The notes: generated by a model from the letters alone, not told the origin. A stretch of DNA of 64,000 nucleotides from Lingula anatina (GCA_051362555.1 CM120641.1:9982001-10046000); one strand, 5' to 3'; shown: positions 12,476 to 25,600, counted from the first letter of the stretch. Made by a program: numbers and translations.

Positions 12476-15400
12476 GAATAAATAAAATAAAATAAAATAC
12501 ACAGAACAATAACTGCTGTATTTTCCTTTCCAGAAAGTGTATTCACTGTATTTTCTAAAACCTAAACAGTATACAAATGCATCAAAGTATACTAACATAA
12601 ACTTTTAAAGGCATGTTTAATAAGAAAAAAAAAAAACCACTGCACTGTACATAATCCACCTTTGCACAGCTACAGTACATTTGCTCGGATTGACTGCAGG
12701 CTTGTGGATGGCTGTGTGATTACAACAACTTCTCAACCCCATTTTAATTTTCAATATTTGTCTGTATGTGCACTTTTAGAGATGCCCAGCAACTGTAGAA
12801 TAACTCCTCAGTGGAAAGGGAGAAATGAAACGTGACTGCTAGAAATTATGTTTTTTTAGGTTGACTGCATATTATCATCACAATGTCAGTTAGAATTTAT
12901 CATGTCGTGGTTTAGCAGGGTTTTTTTTGTGTTTTCTTTTCTCTTTAGAAGAATTACAGAGCAACTGGTTGGAGGTTAGCGAACTGACATACAAGGTAGT
13001 ACAACTGGCCGACCTTTGCTACCCACATAAGTATAATTTCAATAGCACTTGGGAAATGAAATGAGTTTTAAGAGATCAAATTTTTGTGACTTTTCTTTAA
13101 GGTTTTAGAATATTTTCTTCCTACTGTTCATGTTAACTATACCTACCAGTTGGTGAAATTAGGTACCATACACTAAACCTTTTATTTCCTAATAATTTTT
13201 ACTGCCATGTTGAAATGATATGCATACATCTAAGACTCAACGATGATATCTAGCTGAAACATGTTAAACACTTATAATTTGTTTATTTTAATAATCAACA
13301 TGCCTTTCCTGAATTTTTTACAGAAATGCATTCCTTATGGCTAAAGAATTAAAACTAGCTTGGTTGCTACTTTCAAGACGAAATTTTCAATATGGCTGCA
13401 AATTTGTGAGGGGAAAAAACAGCCAGAAGCAACATATATACTGTATTTTTTATTCTAGAGATGTATTCCTTGTTGAAAGAACACATTAGGATAACTGACT
13501 ATACCCTATCAGGATCCAGTTATTAAAAAATCAAAATGGCTGCCAAAACATACAGCATAGGATAAAGAAGAGCTGCAAAATCAGTATATTTCCGGTATTG
13601 TCTAATTAAAATCATATATGAATTAAAATTTTTCTGTCCATTGTGGTATTTTGATCCTAAACTATCTCTATCAGCTTGTTTGACATTCAACTTATGTTTG
13701 GTGAAGTTGTAAGCCCCCTGAGTAGTCCAGTTGCCATTCCCAAGGGTCCCAGTGTTGAACTATGAAATGCTATTTTCTATGAGTAAAAGAATCATAATTT
13801 AGGGTTTAAAAAGTCAACTTAGCCTGGGTTTTCTTTTCAGATGCTACTTTCAGGACATTGAGCACTTTTCAAAATCACAGATGGCCACCAGGTCTTTTTT
13901 AGTTGAACAAACATAATTTACCAGCTTTTTGCCTGCCTTTTCCTTACCATTTTGGTGGCCATTTGTTTTGTTTTTTTTAAATACAATTTGTTGAGATGTA
14001 ACAAACAACTGCAACATGCACCTCTTTACTCAAAAATGCACACGTAACAAACTGTTGGCCATCTTAGATTATGCAAAATGCTCAGTGTCCTGGAAGTAGC
14101 AACTATTTTCTTTTTTCCCATGGTGGCCATATTGAAAAATGCTCAATGCTTCAGAAGTAGCAACTAAGCTAATTTTACTTCTCTAGCTCCAAAGAAGGCA
14201 TTTCTGTAAAAAAAGTTTACAGGACAAATCATTGCAGGGTGCAAAAATTAGGCCTATGAGATTGGCAACTAACTATAAGATTAGAAGATGCAAAAGATAT
14301 TTAATTTTGATCATTAAGCAGAGAAAGGGGTTAGCATGCTTCCAAGGTCAAGATTACAAGTGCAAAATTTACATATCTAAACATAAATACTACTGTTTTG
14401 CGAATGTTTTTTCTGAAGGATCAACCTGACAGCTAAGCTCCTTTGAAGTTGAACTATTGGTCTCATCCTGTCACTTTTCAGCAGCATTTTACTCACCTCT
14501 GTTCAACTTGCCCTTGACCCTCTCTTCTTAATCATTCCAATCTTTCTTATCTCTTGACCCTTACCGTGGTCCCCATCACTCCAAGTCTTTGTCAACAACA
14601 AGAGTTGGGAATAACATGTTGTTGAACAATAAGTTACTTCAAAGTGAATGAAATGTTAGAAAAATTTTGAAATGCTCAAGCCTGGTTCAAAAGTTACCAT
14701 TCTCAGGCCTCCTAGAAATCATCAGTGGACCCACTGCTCAGACGGTGAGTTCAGCAATTCAAATCCAGTACCAAGATAAATGTACATCTGGTGACATATT
14801 TCTGCACAGTTGTGTATACAACTAGCGTAACGTGACCCAAGTGATCGGCCAAAGAACAGAACTCACCTGAATGGTCCATGCTTTAACTTCATCCTCCCCA
14901 GCGGTGAAATAATACATCAACTGCAGTGCACTGTATCCAGTTAGAATTATCTTAGACAACATACTGCAAGCACACCATAATTTGAGAGTGAAAATAGTGA
15001 AAACGATTTCATAACAAAAGTTAAAAAGCTGAATGTTATAAATTGAAACACAAATTGCAATCAGCAGCTATTAGGAATCCAGGCAGAAATATCAGTTCCA
15101 TTAATAATTATGTGACATTTTACACCTCAATGTAATTTTCAAATGTTTAAAAAAAAGTTAATGGACTACTTTGAGCAATTTTTTTTAAATACTGCCAAAG
15201 GTTTAATAGATACTGTTTTAAAATTTGTTGAAACATGGAAGAATTAAAAATGAAACTGACTTTTCAATGGAAACATCAGCTATGGACAAAAAAGGAAAAA
15301 GAAATGCAGAAAAGCATTGAAAGTAAATAATTAAAAGCAGGCACTGCAAAGGCAAGACAGAACAGTAGTGCTATGACTGCTGTTCTAAGATTTGCATGTT

Positions 15401-18400
15401 CTTTATTAAACGTACTTTCCAATTGCAAAAAAAAGCCAATAACATTTTCAGTACTGCCTTAAACAATGGTTTTTGTTTTATTATTCGAAATTAGAACATG
15501 TCAGCGATTGAGCCCAGCACTACCATTGTCAGCGTTAATCAAAGGGGCCAGTTGTAAAAAAAAACTGGACCCTCCTTGACCGCTGGTCTGACCTGTACTG
15601 TCCAGGCTTTCACTTCATCTTCACCAACTGTGAAAAAATAGTGCAGTTGTAGAGCCTTGTATCCAGTCACTATAATCTTGGACAGAGCACTGAAATGTTG
15701 CATAGCAAATGTAAACTGCGGTTCCCGGTTTCATTTGGATTTAAAATTGCTATAGAAAAACAAAAGTCAAGATTAGTATTGGTTCAATCAGTGATGGAAA
15801 TAATCAAAATCTCAACAATAATCTTGACTGAGATAACCCATCCAGTTTCAGATACCTATGTGAAATTATATCAAATGCACACACATATTTTTAATGTTAC
15901 AAAAGGCATACATACACAAAAAATATGTGCTTGTATCAGTTCAACAATACACATTTTCTTTTAACCATTAAGCTTAAATAATCCAATTCGTTATCCCAAA
16001 TGTTTGTGGCACAATATAACATGCTATCAAAAAGCCAGACACATTAAAACAAGAACAATGTCCAGACTTGTAGAACCTGTCACAGGCTGCATTGGCCTAG
16101 GTATTCAAAATGTTAAAAGATTAAGTTTAAGAAGAAAAAGATTAATTACATTATCATAGAATTGCCTGACTGCAGGTAAAAATATATATTTATTATGCAC
16201 CTGGTGATTTTGTTCTCCTTTTCATAAGTCTCTCTCTCTTCTGGTGACATGTCCATTAATTTCAGCTCCAGAGACCCACTGAATGGGATGACACTGGCAC
16301 CAGGGTCATTGGCATCTACCCATTCCTTTATTTTCACCAGCCTAGAAAAAGAGGAGGTATTGTGGATGTCATGTGAACAAAAAAATTTCATAAATTCATG
16401 CTAAACTATGATAGTTATCTGTTAACAAGATGAAACATGATAAATCCTTGGTAAAATTGAAATAGATAGATTGTTTTAAAAATAAATAAATAAATAAATA
16501 AATAAGCAAACAAACAAACAAGCAAACAAACAAACAAAATAATTACATACTACAAAATATAACAAATATTACCTTTTAAAATATTCTATATAATGGATGC
16601 ACTTCTCCAAAATAAATTTTGTCTCTGTATCAATGTTAAAAACTTTCTTACTTTATCATAATCAAAGGCATGAGCATTTTCCAAAACTAAGAATAAAAAG
16701 ATATACTCACATAAAATTTCACTTACACCAGATTAGTGTGTTCACTTACCACTTGTTCTTTTTTCTGATAAAATCTTTTTCTGAGAGATTAATTAGATAA
16801 ATCATTGGCTTCAGGGTTAAGAAGAAGTGCTGGTTTATATATTCAATCTGTAAAAAAAAAAATAAATGAAATAAAATAAAAATATTTTTAAAAAAGTTGA
16901 CGTAGAATCTAGAAGTCACACAAAATAATGTAAATTGCTTAGTTTTATATTTTCCTTTACAAAATAGAAAAGTAATTTATACTAAATGCAAGTAAGATAG
17001 AAGTCAAAATTTTTGAAAATGTAATGCAATTTAATGTCAACTGCCAGTGGTGCCAGAAAAGTTTGTTTTGGGTTGAGTTGGAGGGGGTGGTTGGGAGTGG
17101 TTGGGTGGGTGGGTGGGGGTGTTGTGGGTTTGTGTTCCTGAATTCTTACACCCCATTTCCATAGATTTTTAGATCGATCTATCCCTGTGGGGAGTCTCAC
17201 TAGATTACTGTCAGCTTGGCCAGCTTAAGCATCTGTCCCGCCTACTAAAAGCTGTAAGTGGGTAATTAACCATGGTGCCCGCTCGGCTGACTGCAATTTA
17301 GCGTGAACCCCCAGGGAGTTAGGTCGATCTAAAACTTAATCTTTAGATCGATCTAAATCTCTGGGAAAGCACCCTTAGAGGAGCCAAGTTGTTTTATCGA
17401 AATGCGCTTCTCCTAAACTAACTAAAAATCAATCACCCTTACCTCTTTTGCATCATACACAGCAGCTTTTCTCAAATGCTTCTTTTCTTCTACAAGAAGT
17501 CTTTTTAACTTGCAAAAGAAATCCTAGAATCATAATAATGAGTTGTTGTTCGATATGTGTAATCCAACGAATGTGATAACAAAAGTTTTCATTTATAATG
17601 GCTGCTAAATAATGATTTAATCGAGATATACCAAAGACTTTATATGTCATTGTTTATGTAAGTAGAATGGCACACCTATCCAAAGTTTTAGTACAACTTA
17701 CATATTCAGGTTTCTTCTTCTTGTCATTTCCTCGAACTGCCAATTTTTCTAAAGATTCAAGCTGTTTCAAAATATAGTCTTCATCTTTGAGTCGCAATTC
17801 CTCCATGATGATGTCAAGGTCACGTACAGGGTCCACATCACCTTCCACATGGGTAACATCTTCATCTTCAAACACTCCTGAAAAAAAAGAGAAGTTTTTG
17901 ACAAATCTCACAAACTATTTTTGACAATTTCATTTAGTAAGCATAGTAATGATGGAAATTACTTACCTTAAATAATAGTACAATTTGCACAGTATGTCCA
18001 ATATATTTCCTCATAACACTCTAGCTCTGCTGTATATTCATTAATGATAATGTCTATTACAAAACACTCTGCACTAGGCACGTTTAAAATAAATAATGCA
18101 TCAAAAAGGGACTTTTTGGACTCTGTTAATGAAACAATAATGGGATTACAAAAATGAATCATGCAAGGTGTGTCATTTGACAGCAAATTATGTAGGTACA
18201 TAGTAGAACAGAACAGACAACTCACTGGCCATGTAGAACAGCGCATCGCAAGCACGGATGTGTGAAAGGAAGGCATTTCCAAGACCCTGACCTTCACTTG
18301 CACCCTTCACAAGACCAGCAATATCCACAACATTCAGAAATGCTGGGACCTTACTGAAAATAAATAATCAAACATCAGTGATATATCTGACAACCAGAAA

Positions 18401-19876
18401 AACCAATACTTTTTTAAAGTATTTTTTTGTCTCAAACAAAGAAGGAATTTGCTTTACTTGCTGTGATAAACTTACCTTGCTGGTTTAAAGAAATTGCACA
18501 AGAAATCATATCTTTCATCTGGTACAGGAACCCGACCTAAAATATTTTGCATGAATAAACATTTAACATTGCTTGGTGTCCAGAATCATCTCTTCATAAG
18601 ACCAAATAAAGTTATTGTGAAAACTATAGTTGAAAAAAAAATTATCACCTTCCTCTACCCTTAAAATTATCACATACCAAAATGAATTTTCTCTCTATAT
18701 ATATGTACATTTACAAAATGCAAAATTAACAAAACAAATGACTGGATAATAGTTAATATCTTTATCCATAGACACCTAACTGACTGTTAGATGGAATTTC
18801 TGTAAATGGTCTGTTCATAATGACTTACTTTCATTTGGGTCAATGGTGCAGAATGGAAAATTTTCAGCTGATGCCTGGCTTTTTGTTAAGACATTGAAAA
18901 ATGTTGATTTTCTAAAAGTAAAATAGGAGATTTATCTCATTTTCTGTGACTTAGGTAAACACCAATACATACTGACTCATTATTTCATGTCAGCATATTA
19001 ACATATATACAAATACATTTACATCTAACAGCACTTGTAACATACAAATATATTAGAAAAGTTTTTCAGTCTTATCTAAATAAGATCAACGTGCTATATA
19101 TAACCCCCAGTCTTTTATGTCAAACATCATTTGAATAATTATGCTACTCTGTGTGCAGCAGTAATGCATCATGAATTATGTCAAATTTACAGCTTTTACG
19201 AACTGAAGGCACAGTTAAGAAGGTCTAGTTTACTATCAGAAATATGAAGAAAGTGCACATTAATTTTTTTCTGACTGATTGCGTGATTAATTTATCCTTT
19301 GACATGTGAGTTTATTTGAGTTGTGTTAGAAACTGGTGGTAGTGATTTAAATGCCTTACAGGGAATCTATGTTTACTTCATATGTAACTTTAGGTGAATG
19401 GATAAATTAATGTCAATTTGAAGAATAGTATTGTCTAGACATATCAGGTTTTAACTGGTGGCAAATACCCTTCTAAAGACCCACATTTTTAAATCTGTCT
19501 ATTGCTCTTAAAATTTTTATATATTTCTAATAAGATTGAGTTTTTAGTAGTGTTAATTTTAAATGGTTCGATGAGTGTTTTAGATCCAAATATTGTAGTA
19601 ATTTTAATGATTGTAGTTATATTATCAAATGTAAGGCGCCTTGAGGTAGTATGTGAGGTACCATATAAGAAAGTTCAAACTTATTATTATTATATTAGTG
19701 TTACCCATTAGTCCTCAGCACATTGCAAAAAGTGAAAATGCTAGGTGAAGGAGAAATAAGATAATTTCTTACCCAACATTAGGCAATCCTACAATACCAC
19801 ATTTCAAGTTGGTTCCCACTCTGCCAATGAGGACTGGGGGCTTCTCCTCTGCCTCTCCCTTCTTCTTCGGAGGCAT
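9336..19876 (-). CDS. OLA1: Obg-like ATPase 1 (YchF/OLA1 family), multi-exon
   Basis: Coding exons: 19876-19773 (MPPKKKG...GIVGLPNVG), 18911-18829 ([20 protein letters not shown]), 18536-18476, 18353-18226 ([26 protein letters not shown]), 17877-17702, 17523-17443, 16847-16750, 16341-16201, [15689-15593 or 14963-14867], 11451-11329 ([24 protein letters not shown]), 9443-9336 ([13 protein letters not shown]). All introns are GT-AG with compatible phases. Confidence 0.97.
13380..14280. repeat. degenerate interspersed repeat built of AAAATGGCNGCC-like modules in an OLA1 intron
   Basis: Recurrent CAAAATGGCTGCC/GGTGGCCAT(T/A)TT motifs in both orientations and a duplicated AATGCTCA...GAAGTAGCAACTA unit (14078-14105, 14138-14166). 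Confidence 0.55.
14867..14963 (-). CDS. OLA1: OLA1 mutually exclusive exon, copy b (97 nt)
   Basis: tgcag|T ATG TTG...ATT CAG|gtgagt encodes (S)[32 protein letters not shown]; same length and phases as copy a. Confidence 0.9.
15593..15689 (-). CDS. OLA1: OLA1 mutually exclusive exon, copy a (97 nt)
   Basis: ttcag|T GCT CTG...GTA CAG|gtcaga encodes (S)[32 protein letters not shown]. Confidence 0.9.
17149..17374. mobile_element. fold-back MITE (TAGATCGATCTA family), copy 1
   Basis: Subterminal inverted repeats TTCCATAGATT..TAGATCGATCTA / TAGATCGATCTA..ATCTCTGGGAA, with TTA on both flanks. Homologous to the copies at ~49828 and ~50246. Confidence 0.8.
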
Positions 19877-19938
19877 ACTAAATACAAATGTTTATTACAA
19901 GATTTAATTATATCAATAATCGGAAAGTTGACTCTGAT

Positions 19939-19953
19939 AGCATGAGTGTTCAC

Positions 19954-19988
<35 letters not shown>

Positions 19989-20000
19989 ATGAGTGTTCAC

Positions 20001-20033
<33 letters not shown>
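19939..20033. repeat. two-copy tandem repeat AGCATGAGTGTTCACAAC(GA)n
   Basis: Direct reading. Confidence 0.9.
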
Positions 20034-20037
<4 letters not shown>

Positions 20038-20760
20038 GTAGATCACAATCCGCTAGGGGCGCTACAGTCGTAACTGTCCACGGGCAGTGAAGTGTTAAAC
20101 TGAAGTCGGCCTGCTGATAGTTCGCCTATGGAACCCCTTTTTTAAATCTCTCTTTTAGCGCTGCGTAAAAAAACTAATACAAGCCATTAACTAAATAAGT
20201 TGTAAATCAAAGAGTAAAATCCGGTCACATGATTTTCCCATGTTGCAGTCTTTGACAAGTTTCGGTTCTGCTTGTTTTAAGTTTTGCCTCTACAAAATGC
20301 TAAAAAATTTCAGGTAAGTGCTGGTATCATCTTTTTGAAATTTATATCCAGCAAAGTTTATGAAATTTGCTATATTATGTAGAAAAATCATGAAATTTGA
20401 AGGTTGCGAAGTATAGTTAATTTAATCCGCAATATTACATGATGTGAAAATTACCACAGGGAAATAGCTCTGCCCTGATTAGTCACAGGCTATGTGAGCC
20501 AGACAATAGGCTGAGCACACAAAGACACACAGGGTGCTCTGCTGCGCCTGAGTGATCACTGCTGGTCAGTGGGCACAGGTTTTGAGCTGAGAAGTGTGGA
20601 CACTTTTGGTGGATTTTTGCAGTTAAAAAACTTCAATATCTTTGTTGCTTGTAGGAATATTTAAAAAATTCCAAATGATTTCATCCGGTTTTTGCATTAC
20701 CTTTCAGATGATATAAGTATTTTAATTTTCTGATCAGTTTGAAAATTTTTCTGATATACC

Positions 20761-20868
<108 letters not shown>

Positions 20869-20919
20869 AAATTAGTCAATACTCATCTATCGTTTTTAAC
20901 AACTGTCAAAAACTACTAC

Positions 20920-21080
20920 CTGTCTAGGTTGATATAGGGGAACTATTTCAATCTTCTTTCATCACCCGGTGACGGCGTATGTTTCACAAAACGTGGAAAT
21001 CGTGTGGCCTCGTTTTCAATATTTACAAGATAGTCTTTATACTTCCTGTCAACTGTACTGCATTTCTATGAAGAATCGAT
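20920..21080 (-). promoter_or_regulatory. probable OLA1 promoter / non-coding first exon
   Basis: The OLA1 ATG directly follows an acceptor (tag|tATG at 19877), which implies an upstream non-coding exon. This CpG-containing patch has a donor-like CAG|GTAGTA at 20920. Position is inferred. Confidence 0.35.
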
Positions 21081-22698
21081 TCAAAATACATAGCAACTTT
21101 CATACCAATATTTTAATCAATTATATTTTATAAAACTGGATAAAAGGCAGGCACTGTCAACAGTAGTTGAATTTTCAGGCGTTATCCCACAGATGGCAGC
21201 ACTATCACATTCAGAGGCTTATGTTTCTAATGGTGATCCTTATTTAGCCAAGACTAATCAATAGTTAACATGTACTGGAGATATGTAAACTACGATCTGA
21301 AAAAGGAATGGCAACTGGGGAGGGCCACACCCACTGTTATTGATAAGGCATCCTTACACTCCGAATGATTGTAGTATATTTTAATAAATAAAATTACTTT
21401 TATGAAAAGCAACATAGTAGTTTTTATGCCAAAATGTTTACTTTTTTATCTTATAATATCCAACAGTTTGAATATGTTTAAGGTGCATTCCACGAGATTT
21501 CACTCCAAAATGGATCTTCCAGGCAAATAAGCAATTTTCTCACTCTCAAATCATTTATCTATCCCTCTCTACTCTTGGATTCAACCTTAGATAAAATTTA
21601 TATACGATTTTAGCTTAAAATGAGTAGCTAGTCATTATAACAAAAACAATTTTACTGTAAGCTCCAATGGAAATGTCAACATCAGGTACACTCCAGAAAC
21701 AAAATATTTAAGGGGTAAAATAATTTTTAAGGGGTATGTAAGGTTTTATAAAATGGATGGAAAAAAATAAGCATTTGGAGGAAATGCAAACCCATGGAGT
21801 GTACTGTACCTTTAATATGGATCATAAAAGTAATAACACCAAATTCATTCATCTTACTGGAATTCAGCTCAGTTTTATCCTTAGATATAAACAGAACAAC
21901 AATTCTGTAATTCTGCACAAATAAAATTATATTTAAAAAGGATTTTTACACACCTATAATTAGCATAACTCTTTGAAACTCTAGGTACAGACTGTACCCA
22001 ACCAACATTTTACATCAAATGTGAGTAGATACAGTAGGCAGGTAACACAGTTTGTGTGTAAAACTGGGTTCTAGAATTGAACAGCAATATCCAAATTCCA
22101 GAGAAAAAATGTCATCTATTGTTGGGTATGTCATCATATATATAAAATGCAACAGATATGTAATGTATTATCCATTTTATGATCTTATTTACATTTTAAT
22201 ATTTTATTCATAATCCCAGAAAGTCAATGGCAGAAAACTGATAAATCAAATGCTTTCAATTAAATGTCATATTTAATAGTATTTTCTTGCAAGTTGAGAA
22301 TTCATTTGTTTGAATTGAATAATAAGCATTCTACAATACAGTACTCCAAGAAGCATACGTTTCATGAAAACTGACTCAGTTATATATTTGTCTGCCAGTA
22401 ATTTATAACAAAAAAGTCAACATTGTCAAGTGTTTGTTGGAAGAAGAAAAAAAACTTAATATCCAATTTTTTCACATTCCCATCACATTAACATAATCAC
22501 ACAATCAGCAGAGAAATCTTGAGCAGAATGTCCCAAAACTAACTGAGCCTACATACCCATAGTACAAAATGTACAAGAAGGCAAATGTGGCATATATCTT
22601 TACAAACAAAGCTGTTATTCATAGCACCATGACATTTTATGCACATACACATTATATGCAGATATGTAAAAAAAAAAAATAAATAAAAAATAAAAAAA

Positions 22699-25600
22699 TC
22701 ACTGAAGGGTTTGGATCAGTTCAACCAATTCTACAGCCAGTTCATATTCAGAGTGCCCTTCTGGAAGTTGATTTATAATGTGACCAATCAAAGAAGCTGT
22801 ATCATGCAGAGGTATGTCAACCTGCCGTAGAGTACTCGAGTCCTGCAAGAAACAAAAATTCACACAGTGAAAGAATTAACCAACCAAAGTCATTTAGTCT
22901 AAATATCAGCTTCAATAGCAGAAAAAGTAGTATAAATGATACAAAACTCATATCACAGTTATGGCAAAAATGTTGACCAGTGTTGACAAAATACACTTTA
23001 ATCTTATCTATACTAATAATACCAAGTAAACAAACAGTTTATTTACATATGTCTTGGATTCTATCAAGCTTAACATAACCTGTCTCTAACCTGTGTTTTT
23101 AACCAAGTGGATAATCTTGGTGAAAGTTTTGAAAGTCTCTCAGCACTTGTCTCAGGCTCTCCACCCAATACAAAGTGAGCCAAGCGCTGCCCTGCCACAA
23201 GTAACAGCTGACTACCCATGATCTCATGGTCTGTCACTGTCAATAAGGCCTAGTGAGGAGAATAAAAGAATTTTGCTATTGTTACCATTATCATTGCTAG
23301 GTGGTTATTTCAAAACACACACAGGGAATACAAGAATGATAAAAACTTAAGATGCCTACTATTTTAAAACTAGCAGCTGTTACCTCAGACTGAGAGTTTT
23401 GCTTCCTGTAATTGCATTCTATCAGTAAGTCTATTTCCAATAGATGCAATGGTCATCAAAAACAAGAAAGTGTTACACATTAAATTTTCATCTCTGCTTT
23501 ACACAATACTAATGGATTTAAAAGATATCAAAGAGTGTGAAAGCAAAGTTCATTTGGACATCCAAATAGATTTCTAAAATCACCTCTTCTGCCAGCTTGT
23601 CATACCCACTGGAGTACAGTTCACAAGTGTACTGTCTCCTCAGGACATCAGCATCAATACAGAAGTCATCTGATATTGCACACAGCCGCAAGCACCATGT
23701 TTTGGCACAGGAACACCTCTCAGTGTCTGCAGGATCTGTGATCATCTGGATTGCCTGGCTGATCACACGCACGGCAAACTGACATAAAAAAATGGATGAA
23801 ATCTATTAAACACACGACTAACACAACTTGATGAACAGAAAATTATTTGTACATCAATTTTGATGAACTATTAAAAACAATGCAAAAAGATGTGTGCACC
23901 TGAAGATAAAAGTATTTTGTCCATTTGAAACAATGCTCCCCTGACTCCTCTACTTCCTTGAAAACAGATTCAGACTCGGACTGATAATGATGATGACAAA
24001 GATGCAGTCCATTGAAGGGACAGAAACAGTTTATTTTGGCCAAAAAATGGATTTTCCTGGGGTAAATGATGATTTTCCCATACTTATCAGTGGTTAATGA
24101 ATCCATTCCGACATTCAAAGTTAGTCAGTGTTCTTTTTCGAAAAAGTGTTTTGTAATAATCTTTTTAGGAGGTATAGCCATCTATGAAGGTCCACATGGT
24201 CTGATGGCAAGCACAGATTCCAAAATAATTGTGATAACCCCCGTTTTGCCAGTAAAATGGATTTTATTATATTTCATTGAGTTGTTAACTATGTTTTTAT
24301 TGTGAATTATGAATCTCGTAAGGACAGTTGTTATCCCTTTAAGCACAATATTTAAAGCTATACTAACCTGTTCTCTGTTTCTCAATATTACCATGTCAAC
24401 AGCATCCATTTTGATGTAGGGGTGAGAGGTCAAATCACAGAAGAATGCATTCTGTCCCTGTGGTATATAAAAAATACAGATTACACATGCAACCCAAGCT
24501 CTAAAAAGAAAGCACAAGCAAAGAAGCACAAGTGTTTAATAACATATTCTATTACTTGAATGTCGATCACAAAAATGCAACGGCAGTGGAAAAAAAAGTA
24601 CAAAATCCAGATAATAAATCACTGGCAGCCAGTCAGATGTGTTATTTAAAATACCTTTGTATCAAACAAGGACAGAGGCTTCACAGACTTCATACTGAAG
24701 GTCATCACAGCCTGCATAACAATACAGAGATGTAGGTGGTGCTTTAGTAGCAGGTAGTTTGTGTTGCGCTGGTCAATAGCAAGCTCGGCCAGAGAGCTGC
24801 TACTTCTTCCCACTCCCTGCCACAAGTCCTCCAAATTTAATATTGGCATTTCGCCATAGTCACAGTTTGCCTGAATTGAAGAAAAAAAAAGTCTTAAAGA
24901 TTTAGTATCAGTTAACCATTAACCTGGCACCACAATCAATGTAAGCAGTGATGGCCTGAAATAGAGACAGCAGGTCTCATATTTTAAATAATTAGTTATT
25001 TCACTATAATCACATTCTGAGACAAGGAAGCAACAGATCTATCAGGATTTTAGCAAGCACACAGATATGATAACAGACAAAATATATTTTAATTCCTATA
25101 TAGGAAAAGCATAGACCCGCAAGTTGTGTGTTTTTGTCTTAACATATTTTATTAAGTTGACCATCAAATAATCATTAATTTGGGTCATTTTTCTCTTAAT
25201 TTATTAATCAATAAATACATTCTTATAAATCCAAATCCAGTGTCTTACCTGCATCATAATTTCTATGAAGTCACGGATGTTTGCCAGAAATCCTGTAAGT
25301 GCCAAATCACTTATTCCAACCTCCTAAATAAAAGATAAAGAGAAAAAAAAACTGATGTATGCTTGGTAGACAATGAATCAAAAACCCAAAAAATGATTAA
25401 TTACTTAAATCACATTATTGTGTTAATTTGAAATTTGAACAATTCACAAATTAATAAATTTGCTTGAATAGTATTTAAAATGTAGAAACTACAGACTTAC
25501 TTTTCTACATAATCTCTCCTTTGGGACTTTTCCAACCTAATAAAAATAAATAAATAAATAAACACACACACACAAACACACATTACATATACCTATAGTG

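Noticed and set aside
16160-16174. Possible docking site (CAGUCAGGCAAUUC on the pre-mRNA) pairing with AAU(C/U)GCUGA motifs downstream of both OLA1 alternative exons
   Set aside because: Pairing is short and bulged, and the geometry would loop out both exons in one case; too weak without covariation.
20050-20064. CTCF-like motif CCGCTAGGGGCGCTA
   Set aside because: One base short of the core spacing (AGRKGGC); not supportable from sequence alone.
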